Source of the DNA: Gemmatimonadales bacterium
Lineage (GTDB): Bacteria > Gemmatimonadota > Gemmatimonadetes > Gemmatimonadales > GWC2-71-9
Direction of reading: 5' to 3'
Length of the DNA: 48,501 nt
NCBI GenBank assembly: GCA_041613315.1
Contig: JBFJHJ010000025.1
Span: 1 to 48,501, forward strand
In this document: positions 7,905 to 17,603 of the stretch, piece after piece
Layout of the letters: every line of letters begins with the position of its first letter
Numbering within the stretch: position 1 is the first letter of the stretch
The notes under the pieces: model-generated
What the model saw: only the letters and a program-made list of their open reading frames with translations
Told to the model about the DNA's origin: nothing
Database searches by the model: none
Translations under genes and position numbers: made by a program

Positions 7905-9261
7905 GAACCGACCGCTCCAACCAGCGCCCGCCGGGTTCGGCGGTGAACGTGCCGCGGTCGTAGACCCGCCGTCCCCGCACGTAGGTCTCGACGACACTTC
8001 CATGGAGACGCATGCCCTCGTAGGGGGTCGCCTTGTGGCGGTGGCGCACCATGTCGGCTGACACGACGAAGCTCGACTCGGGATCCCAGATGAGGATGTC
8101 GGCGTCTCCGCCGGGGACGAGCGCCCCCTTCCGGGGGGCCAGCCCCGCGAGCCGGGCGGGCGCCGCGCACATCCACCGTGCCACCGCGTCCACCGGACAG
8201 CCGCGCGCCTGCGCGCCGGTCCACACGGCAGCGAGGGAGAGCTGTAAGGAGGCGATTCCGCCCCACGCGCCGACAAAGTCGCCGCGGTCCAGACGCTTCA
8301 TCGCCGGCGGGCACGGCGAGTGGTCGCTGGCCACGAGATCCACGATTCCCTCGGCGAGCCCGCGCCACAGGCGCTCCCGATGCGTGCCGTCCCGGATCGG
8401 CGGAGCGCACTTGAACGTGGTGGCGCCGTCGGGAATCTCCTCCGCCGCGAAGGTGAGGTAGTGGGGGCAGGTCTCGACGGAGATGGGAAGGCCGGTCCGT
8501 TTCGCGGAGGCGAGCTGGGCGAGTGCGTCCGCGGACGCGAGATGCACGATATGCACCCGGCACCGGTGCCGCTCGCAGAGCCGGATCAGCAGGTCGATCG
8601 CCTGCTGCTCGGCCTCGGCCGGCCGCGAGCGCAGGTAGTCGGCATAGCGTCTCGCCAATGCGCCGCCGGCCGGCCGTGCGGCGGCGATCGGGCCGGGCGC
8701 CTCGGCGTGCACGAGCAGGACGGCGTCGTGCGTCGCCAGTACCGGCATCGCGCGCTCGAGCTCCGCCTCGCCGACCGGCGGGAACTCCTCGAGGCCCGAG
8801 TCGACGAGGAAGCACTTGAACCCGAGGACGCCGGCGTCGAGGAGCGGCACGAGCTGGTCCGCGTTGGCTGGGACGAGGCCGCCCCAACATCCGTAATCCA
8901 CGTACGCGGCCCCGCGGGCCGCGTCCACCTTACGGCGAAGCGCATCGACACTGGTCGTCACGGGTGAGCTGTTGAGCGGCATGTCGACGAGCGTCGTGAC
9001 GCCGCCCGCCGCCGCGGCCATGCTCGCCGTCTCGAACCCCTCCCACTCGGTCCGGCCGGGCTCGTTCACGTGCACGTGCGTGTCCACGACGCCCGGCATG
9101 ACCACGGCGTCCCCCGCGTCTACGCGTTCCGCTGTCTGTGTCGGTCCCGGCAGCGGCTCGACGGCGCGGATCGTGCCGCCGTCAATCACCACGGCCGCCG
9201 GACGCGTGCCGGCGGGCGTGACGACGCGGCGGCTCACGATTACGAGGTCGGGGCGGGCCAT
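7897..9261 (-). CDS. allB: Allantoinase (amidohydrolase superfamily)
   Basis: DTHVHVNEPGRTEWEGF, DMPLNS, GFKCF (carbamylated Lys), VHAE, ETCPHYL, KCAPPIR, SDHSPC. Confidence 0.96.
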   Translation of the reverse strand: MARPDLVIVSRRVVTPAGTRPAAVVIDGGTIRAVEPLPGPTQTAERVDAGDAVVMPGVVDTHVHVNEPGRTEWEGFETASMAAAAGGVTTLVDMPLNSSPVTTSVDALRRKVDAARGAAYVDYGCWGGLVPANADQLVPLLDAGVLGFKCFLVDSGLEEFPPVGEAELERAMPVLATHDAVLLVHAEAPGPIAAARPAGGALARRYADYLRSRPAEAEQQAIDLLIRLCERHRCRVHIVHLASADALAQLASAKRTGLPISVETCPHYLTFAAEEIPDGATTFKCAPPIRDGTHRERLWRGLAEGIVDLVASDHSPCPPAMKRLDRGDFVGAWGGIASLQLSLAAVWTGAQARGCPVDAVARWMCAAPARLAGLAPRKGALVPGGDADILIWDPESSFVVSADMVRHRHKATPYEGMRLHGSVVETYVRGRRVYDRGTFTAEPGGRWLERSVRG

Positions 9262-9370
9262 GGTGGGCTACGATATACGGTCGGCGTGCCGTGAGCCAGC
9301 GGCCTCGGTCTCCCCCCGATCGCGGCCCGCCCTCACGACCCGGTCACGGCAGGCCGCTAGATTCCTCCGC

Positions 9371-12295
9371 ATGGTGCACGCCACCGACCACACCCCGACC
9401 CCCGCGCAACGCGCCGCCATCGAGGCCCCGCTCGGCCCCGTGCTGGTCGTCGCCGGGCCGGGCGCCGGCAAGACGTTCTGCCTGATCGGCCGGATCGAAC
9501 GGCTGATCGGGACCGAGGGGCTGGCTCCCGACCGCATCCTGGCGGTCACGTTCACCAACAAGGCGGCCGAGGAGATCTCGCGCCGGCTCCGGGATTCGTT
9601 GGGATCGCGGGCTGACGATGTTACCCGCGGCACCCTGCACGCGCTGTGCGTCGGGATCTTGCGGGAGCACGGCGAGGCGATCGGAATCCCCCGCGGCTTC
9701 GGGGTCGCGGACGAGAACTACCAGGACATCGTGCTCCGGCGGCTCGGCGTGCGGCGTGCGCGCGTCGGGCAGCTCATGACCTTTTTCGGACGCCGCCGTC
9801 TGCAGGGGTATGCGCTGACGCCGGGCGACGAGCGCCTGTTCCGGGAGTACGTGGCGCTGCTCCGCCAGCGGAACCTGCTGGACTTCGACGATCTGATCGC
9901 AGAGACCGCCACGCTGTTCCAGCGGCGGCCCGAGATCGCCCGAGCCGTCGCCTCGCGGTGGGACTATGTGCTGGTGGACGAGTTCCAGGATCTGAACCCC
10001 AAGCAATACGGGATCCTCAAGGTGCTGGTGCTGCCGCATCGGAACTTTTTCGCCGTGGGTGACGACGAGCAGTCCATCTTCTCGTGGGCCGGCGCCGATC
10101 CGCTGGTGCTGAGCGAGTTCGCCCGCGACTTCGGCATCGAGCGCCCCATCGTGCTGGATCAGAACCGTCGCTGCTCGCAGCAGATCTTCCGCACGGCGCG
10201 GCGGCTGCTGGTGCACAACCCGAGCCTGTTCGACAAGGAGCTCCGCGCGGAGCGCGCGTCGGCGTATGAGGTCCGGGCATACGGCTTCGAAGACGACGAT
10301 GCGGAGTTCGCGTGGATCCTGGCGGATCTGCGCGCCGACCGGGACGCCACCAAGCGGGCGTGGGGCGATTACGCGCTGCTCTACCGCAAGCATGAGGTCG
10401 GGCACCGTCTGGAGAGCGGTTTCGTGCGCGCCGGGATCCCGTGCCGGCTCGCGCGGGGCCGGGCCCTGCTCGACGACCCCGTCATCGCGTTCGTCGTGGC
10501 GTCCCTCCGCCTGATGTCGCGGCCCGACGATCCGGACGCCGTCGAGGCTGCGGCCCGGCAGGTCTTGCCGGCCCATCTCGTTGAGCGTATCCGCGCTGAC
10601 CTCGGAGCAGGGCAGGCCACGTTCTACCGGGCGCTCAGGACCTTTGCGCAGACGAGCCCGCGCCAGGACCCGGACACCAAGCGGGCGTGGCGGTTCATCT
10701 ACCACGCCGAGAACCTCGCGGCGATCCGCCGGCGGCACGACAGTCTTGCCGGGATGGTGGAGGAGTTCCTCGCGCAGCGGGTGGGGCCCTACCGGAACGC
10801 CCTGGAGGAGCGCGCCGAGGAGCTGTCGGATCCGGCGGAGCATCCCGAGGCGGTGGCCCTCGCACGCCGTCTCGAGCTCGCCCCGATCGAGGGCGGCCGC
10901 GTGCTGCTGGCCCCGGCCGGCGGCCTCGAGATTGCGCTCAAGGGCATGCTCTTGGGTGCTGGCGTGACGGCGCTCGACTACCTGGCGGACGTTCCCGTGT
11001 CGCACGACTCGGACGTGCTGATCCGGGACACCGATCCCCTCATCGTGTTCAAGGCGCTCCAGCTCTTCCGCTCGCGAGACATCGGGGAAGCGTTCGGGGA
11101 TTACGTCGCGTTTGACCTCGAGACCACGGACCGCGACCCGGCCACCTGTGAGATCATCGAGATCGGTGCGGCCCGGGTTCGGGCGGGCGTCGTCGTCGAC
11201 CAGTTCCACAGTCTGATCCGCCCGACCGGATCGGTGTCGGCGAAGGCACGGGAGGTGCATGGCTACGACGACCATGACCTGCGGGACGCGCCCCCGTTCG
11301 CCGAGGTCTGGCCACGGTTCCGCGCGTTCGCTGGGCAGGACGTGCTGGTGGCGCACAACGGCCAGAACTTCGACGTCCCGCTGCTCAGGCGGCAGGCGGC
11401 GCCGCTCGGCGGCGCGGACGATCTCGTCTTCTTCGACACGCTCCCCCTCGCCCGGTCGATCTGTCACGACAGCGCGCGACTCCCGGATCTCGCGACCCGG
11501 TTCGGCGTGGAGCGGGGACGGGAGCACCATGCGCTGGACGACGCGCTGACGCTGGCGGGGGTGGTCCGGGCGCTCGAGCAGCAGAAGGTGATCCGCGCCC
11601 GCAAGGCCGCGCTCGTCAATCTCGTGGACTATCTCGGTCTCGCTTTCGCCGTGGATCGGCGCGTGCCGTCTGCGGAGCGGGCGGTGCTCGCGGAGCTCGC
11701 CGTGCCGTTCGTGTTGGGCCGGTTCAGCGACGCGATCGAGTTTTACGCGACCGAGCGGGCGCTCCTGGGTGCGGACGCCGCGCCGCCGGTCGAGGAGGTG
11801 ATCGAGCGGCTGGGCGGTCGCGCCTTGATGGAGCGGATTCGGACCGAGCGGGGGGCGCACCAACGTTATCCCGAGGCGATGGCACGGCTCCGGGCGCTCA
11901 TCGACGCGAGCCGTGGCGAGACGCTCGAGGACAGCGTGCGGCGTTTGCTGGAGCGCGTGGCGCTGTCAACGTCGGAGGGCGCGGAGGCCGACCCACACCG
12001 CGTGAATCTGCTGACCCTGCATTCGACCAAAGGGCTCGAGTTCTCACGTGTGTATGTGGTCGGCGTGGAGGACTACCAGATCCCCGGCTACTACGCGGTG
12101 ATCGACAATCGGGATGACGAGGTCACCGAGGCGCGCCGGCTGCTGTATGTCGGGATGACGCGAGCCGAGGATCGTCTGGTGTTGACGCGGGCGGATCGCC
12201 GCGCCGGACGGGACACCGGCGGGAGCCGGTTCCTCGAGGAGATGGAGCTTCCCGTGGAGCGTGTGGCGGGCTCGCTCAGTCCGCTCCCTCGATAG
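9371..12295 (+). CDS. UvrD/Rep/PcrA-family SF1 helicase with inserted DEDDh (DnaQ-like) 3'-5' exonuclease domain
   Basis: AGPGAGKT, TFTNKAA, DEFQD, VGDDEQSIF, TLHSTKGLEF, RRLLYVGMTRA; insert at about 11099-11577 with AFDLETT, AHNGQNFD, HHALDDA. Confidence 0.92.
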   Translation: MVHATDHTPTPAQRAAIEAPLGPVLVVAGPGAGKTFCLIGRIERLIGTEGLAPDRILAVTFTNKAAEEISRRLRDSLGSRADDVTRGTLHALCVGILREHGEAIGIPRGFGVADENYQDIVLRRLGVRRARVGQLMTFFGRRRLQGYALTPGDERLFREYVALLRQRNLLDFDDLIAETATLFQRRPEIARAVASRWDYVLVDEFQDLNPKQYGILKVLVLPHRNFFAVGDDEQSIFSWAGADPLVLSEFARDFGIERPIVLDQNRRCSQQIFRTARRLLVHNPSLFDKELRAERASAYEVRAYGFEDDDAEFAWILADLRADRDATKRAWGDYALLYRKHEVGHRLESGFVRAGIPCRLARGRALLDDPVIAFVVASLRLMSRPDDPDAVEAAARQVLPAHLVERIRADLGAGQATFYRALRTFAQTSPRQDPDTKRAWRFIYHAENLAAIRRRHDSLAGMVEEFLAQRVGPYRNALEERAEELSDPAEHPEAVALARRLELAPIEGGRVLLAPAGGLEIALKGMLLGAGVTALDYLADVPVSHDSDVLIRDTDPLIVFKALQLFRSRDIGEAFGDYVAFDLETTDRDPATCEIIEIGAARVRAGVVVDQFHSLIRPTGSVSAKAREVHGYDDHDLRDAPPFAEVWPRFRAFAGQDVLVAHNGQNFDVPLLRRQAAPLGGADDLVFFDTLPLARSICHDSARLPDLATRFGVERGREHHALDDALTLAGVVRALEQQKVIRARKAALVNLVDYLGLAFAVDRRVPSAERAVLAELAVPFVLGRFSDAIEFYATERALLGADAAPPVEEVIERLGGRALMERIRTERGAHQRYPEAMARLRALIDASRGETLEDSVRRLLERVALSTSEGAEADPHRVNLLTLHSTKGLEFSRVYVVGVEDYQIPGYYAVIDNRDDEVTEARRLLYVGMTRAEDRLVLTRADRRAGRDTGGSRFLEEMELPVERVAGSLSPLPR

Positions 12296-12647
12296 CCGCG
12301 CGGATGCGCTCCGCCGCGTCCGCGAGCGCGGCATAGAACTCGGCGACTTCCAGGGCGTCCGCAGGGATCGTCCCGGCCTCGACATCCTGCATCGCACCGC
12401 GGCACATTTCAGTCGCCCGCTGCACCCGGAACTTCGCCATCCGACGTGACGGATCGACCGTCGCCCCGCTCCGGCGCGCCTGCATGACCGTGAGCGCGGC
12501 CCACGTGGTCATGCGGAGGTGATCCAGCGCGAGTTTGAAGCTCGCGAGGCCGGCATCCGGCAGGTCCCCGACCGCCAGCTCCTTCTCGATCGTCTCGAGG
12601 GTGGCCCGCACCTTGGTAATTCGCGCCTCCAACGGTTCCGTCGCCAT
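12276..12647 (-). CDS. Hypothetical alpha-helical protein (123 aa)
   Basis: MATEPLEARITKVR... with GAGGAG RBS; natural composition; directly downstream of the SDR gene. Confidence 0.7.
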   Translation of the reverse strand: MATEPLEARITKVRATLETIEKELAVGDLPDAGLASFKLALDHLRMTTWAALTVMQARRSGATVDPSRRMAKFRVQRATEMCRGAMQDVEAGTIPADALEVAEFYAALADAAERIRAAIEGAD

Positions 12648-12666
12648 GCATGCTCCTCGATGCGGG

Positions 12667-13536
12667 TCAGTCGGTGCCCCGGAACGCCGCCGAGTAGTCT
12701 GTCGCGAATGCGGCGAAATCCCGCGCCGGTCGGCCGGTGAAGCGCTCGACGGCGTCGGACACCGCGGCGCCATGGCCGGCCCGGTAGATGGTGTGGAGCG
12801 TCACGAGATCCTCGGCGAGCCAGTCCGGCGTGCCGACCTGCATGAGCCCGCCCTTGAGCTGCTCGCCGGGGAGGTCGACGTATCGGACCGGCTTGCCGAG
12901 CACGTCCGAGAAGATCGCGGCGGCGTCCGCGAACGAGAGCGCCACCGGCCCGGTGACCGTATGGGTCGCTCCGTGATGCGCTGTCCCCTCGTGGGTCAGG
13001 AGGACGGCGGCCACGCGGGCGACGTCGCGCGCGTCCACCAGGGCCATCTTCCCCTGGCCGGCGGCACCGTAGAACTCGCCTTTGCCGGCGATCATCCGGG
13101 CCATGCCGAGAAGGTTCTGCATGAAGGAGTGCGGCCGCAGAATGGTGTACGCAATGCCGGCATCTCTGGTCGCCTGCTCGGCCGCGGCGTGATCGCGCCC
13201 GACCGCGGCGGACGACGTGGGCGACGCCCCCATGGCCGAAATCTTGATGACGTAGCCGACGCCAGCGCGGGCGGCAGCCTGCAGGGCGGTTGCTTGGAGC
13301 GCCGCCTGCTGCTCGACCGTGGGGGTCAGCAGAAAGAGCTTCGTCACGCCCTTCATCGCCGCGTCGAGGCTCTTACGATCGCGGAAATCGCCGGCCACGG
13401 TCGTGACGTGATCGGCTTCGAGCGCGCGAGCCGTCTCGGGGCTGCGCACCATGACACGGAACTCGGCGTCAACCCCGGCCAAGAGCCGGCTCAACTCCCC
13501 GCCGATCGTTCCCGTGCCGCCGGTCACCAGGATCAT
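12667..13536 (-). CDS. NmrA-like atypical SDR NAD(P)-binding oxidoreductase
   Basis: MILVTGGTGTIG Rossmann motif, LRPHSFMQN, VDARDVA; GGAGG RBS. Confidence 0.9.
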   Translation of the reverse strand: MILVTGGTGTIGGELSRLLAGVDAEFRVMVRSPETARALEADHVTTVAGDFRDRKSLDAAMKGVTKLFLLTPTVEQQAALQATALQAAARAGVGYVIKISAMGASPTSSAAVGRDHAAAEQATRDAGIAYTILRPHSFMQNLLGMARMIAGKGEFYGAAGQGKMALVDARDVARVAAVLLTHEGTAHHGATHTVTGPVALSFADAAAIFSDVLGKPVRYVDLPGEQLKGGLMQVGTPDWLAEDLVTLHTIYRAGHGAAVSDAVERFTGRPARDFAAFATDYSAAFRGTD

Positions 13537-13785
13537 CGCAGCCTCCGCAAGAGTCGCAGGGGAGCATAGCCGCGACACGGGCGGTGGCAAGGGGGAGGCA
13601 GGAATGGTGCGACCGCCACCACACCCACGTCGCCGAGTGGAGTCCGCGCGCCGCCTGCATGTGAGGAAACTCGGTTCATGGCTGCTTTACCCGGTCTTCA
13701 TGTCCGCCGTCCGATGTTGCATAGTCCCTCAACCGATGCACGAGAACGCCGTCGGCGTTCGGATCTACCCGGACCAGGAGGTTCG

Positions 13786-14379
13786 ATGAGTCGGTTCAGT
13801 GTTATCGGCGCGCTGTTCGCCCTGGGGGTCGGCGCGCCCCTTCAAGCGCAGCGCCCCATTACGGCGTTCGTGTACGGCGGGGGCTACAGCGCGCTCAACA
13901 GTCTCGGCACCTCGCCATCCGTGGATTTCAGCACCGACTTCATCGTCGGCCTCGGTGTCGGGGTGGGCCTCTCCTCGCGGTTCACCGTCCGGGGCGAGTT
14001 CGGCTACGCCAGTACCGAAGCCACGGACCCACGAACCACGCCGCCCAACCTCAACGGGGACTACAACCGCTATCTGTACGCGGTGGATCTCCAGGCCCGG
14101 CTGTCTGGTGGGTCCTTCGCGCCCTACGTCTTCGCCGGCGGCGGGGCGATCACGATCGACCCCGTGCTCCGAGACCAGCTGCCGGGGCTGGTCATCGAGC
14201 ATTTCACCCGACCGGCGGGTCGATTCGGGGTGGGGTGGGAGTACCGGCCTCGGGGGTCGAGCGCGGCGCTGTTCATGCAGGGGACCGGATGGGTCTTCTC
14301 GTTCGACGGGCTCGGCGTGCGCGCCACGCAGGTCGACGTCACCTACACCATGGGGTTCGCCTACCGGCTGCGCGGTTGA
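13786..14379 (+). CDS. Small outer-membrane beta-barrel protein (OmpA/OmpW-like)
   Basis: Signal peptide ending LQA-Q, alternating beta-strand pattern, APYVFAGGG, terminal GFAYRL; AGGAGG RBS. Confidence 0.8.
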   Translation: MSRFSVIGALFALGVGAPLQAQRPITAFVYGGGYSALNSLGTSPSVDFSTDFIVGLGVGVGLSSRFTVRGEFGYASTEATDPRTTPPNLNGDYNRYLYAVDLQARLSGGSFAPYVFAGGGAITIDPVLRDQLPGLVIEHFTRPAGRFGVGWEYRPRGSSAALFMQGTGWVFSFDGLGVRATQVDVTYTMGFAYRLRG

Positions 14380-14960
14380 CGCGGCCGCTTGGGCCGCTCG
14401 GGCGAGGCGTCCCTTCCCTCGCCGCGCCGCGATGCGCACAGCCCCAGGTGGTCGCGGATCGCGCCGATCGTCTTCGGGCCGATCCCCTCCACGGCTGCGA
14501 GCCAGCCGGCTTCCAGGGCCGTTCCGAGCGTGGCGAGCCCGTCGATGTGGTGCTCGCGGTACAGCCGCCGGGCCGTCTTGGCCCCGATCCCGGGAACGCG
14601 GGTCAGCTCGAGGACGCTGCGGGGCGTGGACGCGGCCCACTCCTCCATCTTGCGACACGTGCCGGTCTCGACGAGCTCCCGGAGCAGCCCGGCGACGGAC
14701 TGCCCGACGCCGGGAAGCTCGCGGAGACGCGCGTCCGCGATGAGTCGGTCAATGGGATCGGGGTGTCGCGCGATCGCGGCCGCCAGCCGCTGGTAGCGCC
14801 GCGCGTGCAGCTCGTCGTAGCCGCCGATCACCAAGAAGTCGTGGAGCTCCCGGAGGCGTTCCGCGATCGCGTCATTGCGCCGCCAGCGCAGGCGCCCCTT
14901 GGCGTCCACGTAGGACGCCTCCCGGCGCCGATCGCCGCCTGCACCGCGTTCCGTCGCCAT
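14361..14960 (-). CDS. Helix-hairpin-helix protein matching the PolX N-terminal (8-kDa plus fingers) region only
   Basis: NDAIAERLREL...RRYQRLAAAI, LPGVGQSVA, ELVETG, VPGIGAKTARRLY, VEGIGPKT; no palm (GSxRR/DxD) or PHP domain. Confidence 0.85.
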   Translation of the reverse strand: MATERGAGGDRRREASYVDAKGRLRWRRNDAIAERLRELHDFLVIGGYDELHARRYQRLAAAIARHPDPIDRLIADARLRELPGVGQSVAGLLRELVETGTCRKMEEWAASTPRSVLELTRVPGIGAKTARRLYREHHIDGLATLGTALEAGWLAAVEGIGPKTIGAIRDHLGLCASRRGEGRDASPERPKRPRQPRSR

Positions 14961-15027
14961 GACGTCCGTATCGCCTCGGTCAACGCCCGCGTTGCGCGCT
15001 GCTCTCCCGGGCGCTGAGCCGCCGTCG

Positions 15028-16710
15028 CTAGCGATCCGGCCGCGGCACGACGCCCGCGGGGTCGTTCCCCAGGCCGCGCTCCGCCATGAGCGCTTCGATC
15101 TCGTCGGGCGCCCGCGGCGCGGCCTCGGAGAGCACGACCGGGCCGGCGTCGGTCACGAGCACGTCGTCTTCGATCCGCACCCCGATGTTCCACCACGAGC
15201 GATCCACATCGGGCGACGCGGGGATGTAGATGCCGGGTTCGACCGTGAGGACCGTGCCGGGGGTGAGCGGGCCACCGGTTCCGACGTCGTGCACCCCGAG
15301 CCCCAGATAATGGCTCGTGCCGTGATTGAAGAACCGCGATACCTCGCCCGCCTCGCGGATCAGGCCCAGACGCATGAGGCCGTCGGCAATCACGTCCCGC
15401 GCCGCCTCGTGGGCGGCACGGAACGGCGCCCCGACCTGAACGGCCCGGATGCCGGCGCTCTGGGCGCGCAGGACCAGCTCGTAGATCATGCGCTGCTCGG
15501 GGGAGAAGCGGCCGCCGACCGGCACGGTGCGCGTCACGTCCGCACAGTACCCGTGATACTCGGCGCCGATATCGATCACCACGAGATCCCCGGCCCGCAT
15601 GCGGCGGCGGTTGGTCTCATAGTGCAGGATCACCGCATTCTCCCCGCTCCCGACGATACTCGGGAAGGCGGGGGTCTCGGCGCCGTTGCGGTGGAAGACG
15701 TACTCCACGAGCGCCGCGACCTCGTATTCGTGCATCCCCGGCTCGATGGACTTCATGGCTTCGCGATGGGCCACTGCCGTGATGTCGATCGCGCGGCGAA
15801 GTAGCGCCACCTCCTCCGGCGTCTTGACCGTCCGCAGGGCGTCGAGCCGGCGCCGCAGCGTCGTGCCGTCCGCAAACCGGGCGTCCACGTTGGCGCGGCG
15901 CCAGGCCTGCCAGGCGGTGAACGACGCCGACCGGCGATACGCCGCCGCGATCTCGCGCAACGGCCCCGGGGCGAAGAAGGTGTCGGGGGCGACCTCGTCG
16001 ACCCGGTCCAGCAGCCGCCGGTTGCGCCGAAAGGCCTCTTCGGAGTCGGTCGCCAACAGGGCCCGGACCACATAACTCTGCGGCTCGCCACCCGGCGGGA
16101 GGATCGAGAAGAGGCGTGTCAGCAACGCCAGTTGGTCCGCCAGCGGTGAGCCCTCAGCGACCCCGGTCGGCAGAGGCAGGTGGTACAGTCGCCGGTCGGC
16201 CGCGGCCAACTGTTCGAGGAGCTGGGGCAGCTGGTCGACGGTGACCGCCCGGGCGACGCCCAGCTCCCGCTGCGCCCGCTCCGCGCCGAGACGGCGGCCG
16301 GTCCAGACTTCTTGCGACGGATCGCGTGGCGGGACGAACAGCACCTCCGGCACCGCTGCCCCGTCGACCGTGATCCCCGCCGGCGCGAGGAGGAGCACGG
16401 CGTTGGGCTCCGTCATGCCCGTGAGGTAGTACAGGTCGCTGGACTGGCGATACTCGTAGTCCACGTCACCCTCGCGGTTCCGCTGCGGGGCACTCAGCAC
16501 GAGGGCGAAGGCGTCCGGTGGCAGCGTGCGCAGCACCGAGTCGCGCCGACTCCGGTGGAAGGCCGGCGGTAAGAGGTCGGCGTCGTATCGCGCCGGCGGC
16601 TCGGCGAGCGCGGGCCGCTGCTCCTGGGCGGCGACCGCTGATGGCGCCCCCGAGAGGAGGACGACGAGGAAGGACGCGACGCGATGGACGGCGAAGGGGT
16701 GGCGCATCAT
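15028..16710 (-). CDS. Secreted Xaa-Pro aminopeptidase (M24B)
   Basis: Signal peptide; YRQSSDLYYLTG; metal ligands in IDIG, ADVTRT, HGTSHYLGLGVHD, TVEPGIY, RIEDD. Confidence 0.93.
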   Translation of the reverse strand: MMRHPFAVHRVASFLVVLLSGAPSAVAAQEQRPALAEPPARYDADLLPPAFHRSRRDSVLRTLPPDAFALVLSAPQRNREGDVDYEYRQSSDLYYLTGMTEPNAVLLLAPAGITVDGAAVPEVLFVPPRDPSQEVWTGRRLGAERAQRELGVARAVTVDQLPQLLEQLAAADRRLYHLPLPTGVAEGSPLADQLALLTRLFSILPPGGEPQSYVVRALLATDSEEAFRRNRRLLDRVDEVAPDTFFAPGPLREIAAAYRRSASFTAWQAWRRANVDARFADGTTLRRRLDALRTVKTPEEVALLRRAIDITAVAHREAMKSIEPGMHEYEVAALVEYVFHRNGAETPAFPSIVGSGENAVILHYETNRRRMRAGDLVVIDIGAEYHGYCADVTRTVPVGGRFSPEQRMIYELVLRAQSAGIRAVQVGAPFRAAHEAARDVIADGLMRLGLIREAGEVSRFFNHGTSHYLGLGVHDVGTGGPLTPGTVLTVEPGIYIPASPDVDRSWWNIGVRIEDDVLVTDAGPVVLSEAAPRAPDEIEALMAERGLGNDPAGVVPRPDR

Positions 16711-16755
16711 GGCGGTCAGGCCCGCTCGAAGGTGACGTGCATCGTGATCTCGACG

Positions 16756-17385
16756 CTACGCCGACGCGGTCGCCGCGACGGCGGCCCACTGCTCGATGAC
16801 CGCGGCCGCCGTCTGGAGCTGCCGCGCGGGATCGCTCGCGTACCACGTGCGGAAGTACTCGAGTCCCGCTTCGTGGGATTCGTCGGTGAACGCTTGGAGG
16901 GCGTCCGTGATCCACACCATGTCGTAGCCGCGCTGGAACGCGTCTCCCGACATGTGCCGCGCACAGCAGTCGGTGTGCAGGCCGGTGATGAAGAGCCGTT
17001 CGATCCCGCGCTGGCGGAGCTCTGCGTCGATCGCGCTGCTCACGAACGGGCTGTACGTCCGCTTCGTCAGCACGAGATCGCCCGGGAGGGGCGCGAGCTG
17101 AGGGACGATATCCGCCTGCGGGGTCCCCTGCATGGCATGCGGGGGCCACTTCTGGAGCTCGGCATCGCCCGGGGTGTGGGCGTCGGTGGCATACACGACG
17201 GTGATGCCGGCGTTGCGGGCGGCGGCCACGAGCCGTTGGAGGGTCGGGATGATTGCCTGGGCCCGGCGCTGATAGTCCGGTCCCCCGGCATCGGCGATGG
17301 CGCCGCCCGGGTAGACGAAGTCGTTGGCCAGGTCGATGACGATGAGGGCCCAGCGCTTCACATCGATGGTATCGTTGGTGGACAT
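16756..17385 (-). CDS. Isochorismatase-family cysteine hydrolase
   Basis: ALIVIDLANDF (Asp), TKRTYSPF (Lys), GLHTDCC (Cys) triad; GGGAGG RBS. Confidence 0.9.
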   Translation of the reverse strand: MSTNDTIDVKRWALIVIDLANDFVYPGGAIADAGGPDYQRRAQAIIPTLQRLVAAARNAGITVVYATDAHTPGDAELQKWPPHAMQGTPQADIVPQLAPLPGDLVLTKRTYSPFVSSAIDAELRQRGIERLFITGLHTDCCARHMSGDAFQRGYDMVWITDALQAFTDESHEAGLEYFRTWYASDPARQLQTAAAVIEQWAAVAATASA

Positions 17386-17603
17386 GCGTGCCTCCCATTG
17401 GTGAGGAGCCGCCGGACGGGGGGCCGATTGGGCAACGCCTTGGCCCGTGGGGGATCGCGGGCCGCTCCTGTCCGGGGGCGGGGCTGCACCCCGCCTGTGG
17501 TGCGAAACGTAGTCACTGGGCGGCCCGGCCGGGATGGGCGTCGGCTTGCCAACGGCCCGGAGCGGGCGCAACTTGGCTCGCGGTCTTCACTTTGGGGGTA
17601 CGC

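Noticed and set aside
8972..9370. N-terminal extension of the helicase ORF overlapping allB
   Set aside because: Antisense to allB; homology starts at about 9371.
9344..11863. 839-aa ORF antisense to the helicase
   Set aside because: Shadow ORF of a clearly real gene.
9371..14960. Anti-phage defence system built around the UvrD-nuclease
   Set aside because: No Gabija-type OLD nuclease or other defence partner; housekeeping-like context and codon usage.
16756..17385. Cysteine hydrolase as the missing ureide step of the purine pathway
   Set aside because: 7.5 kb from the operon with unrelated genes between; substrate cannot be inferred from the motifs.
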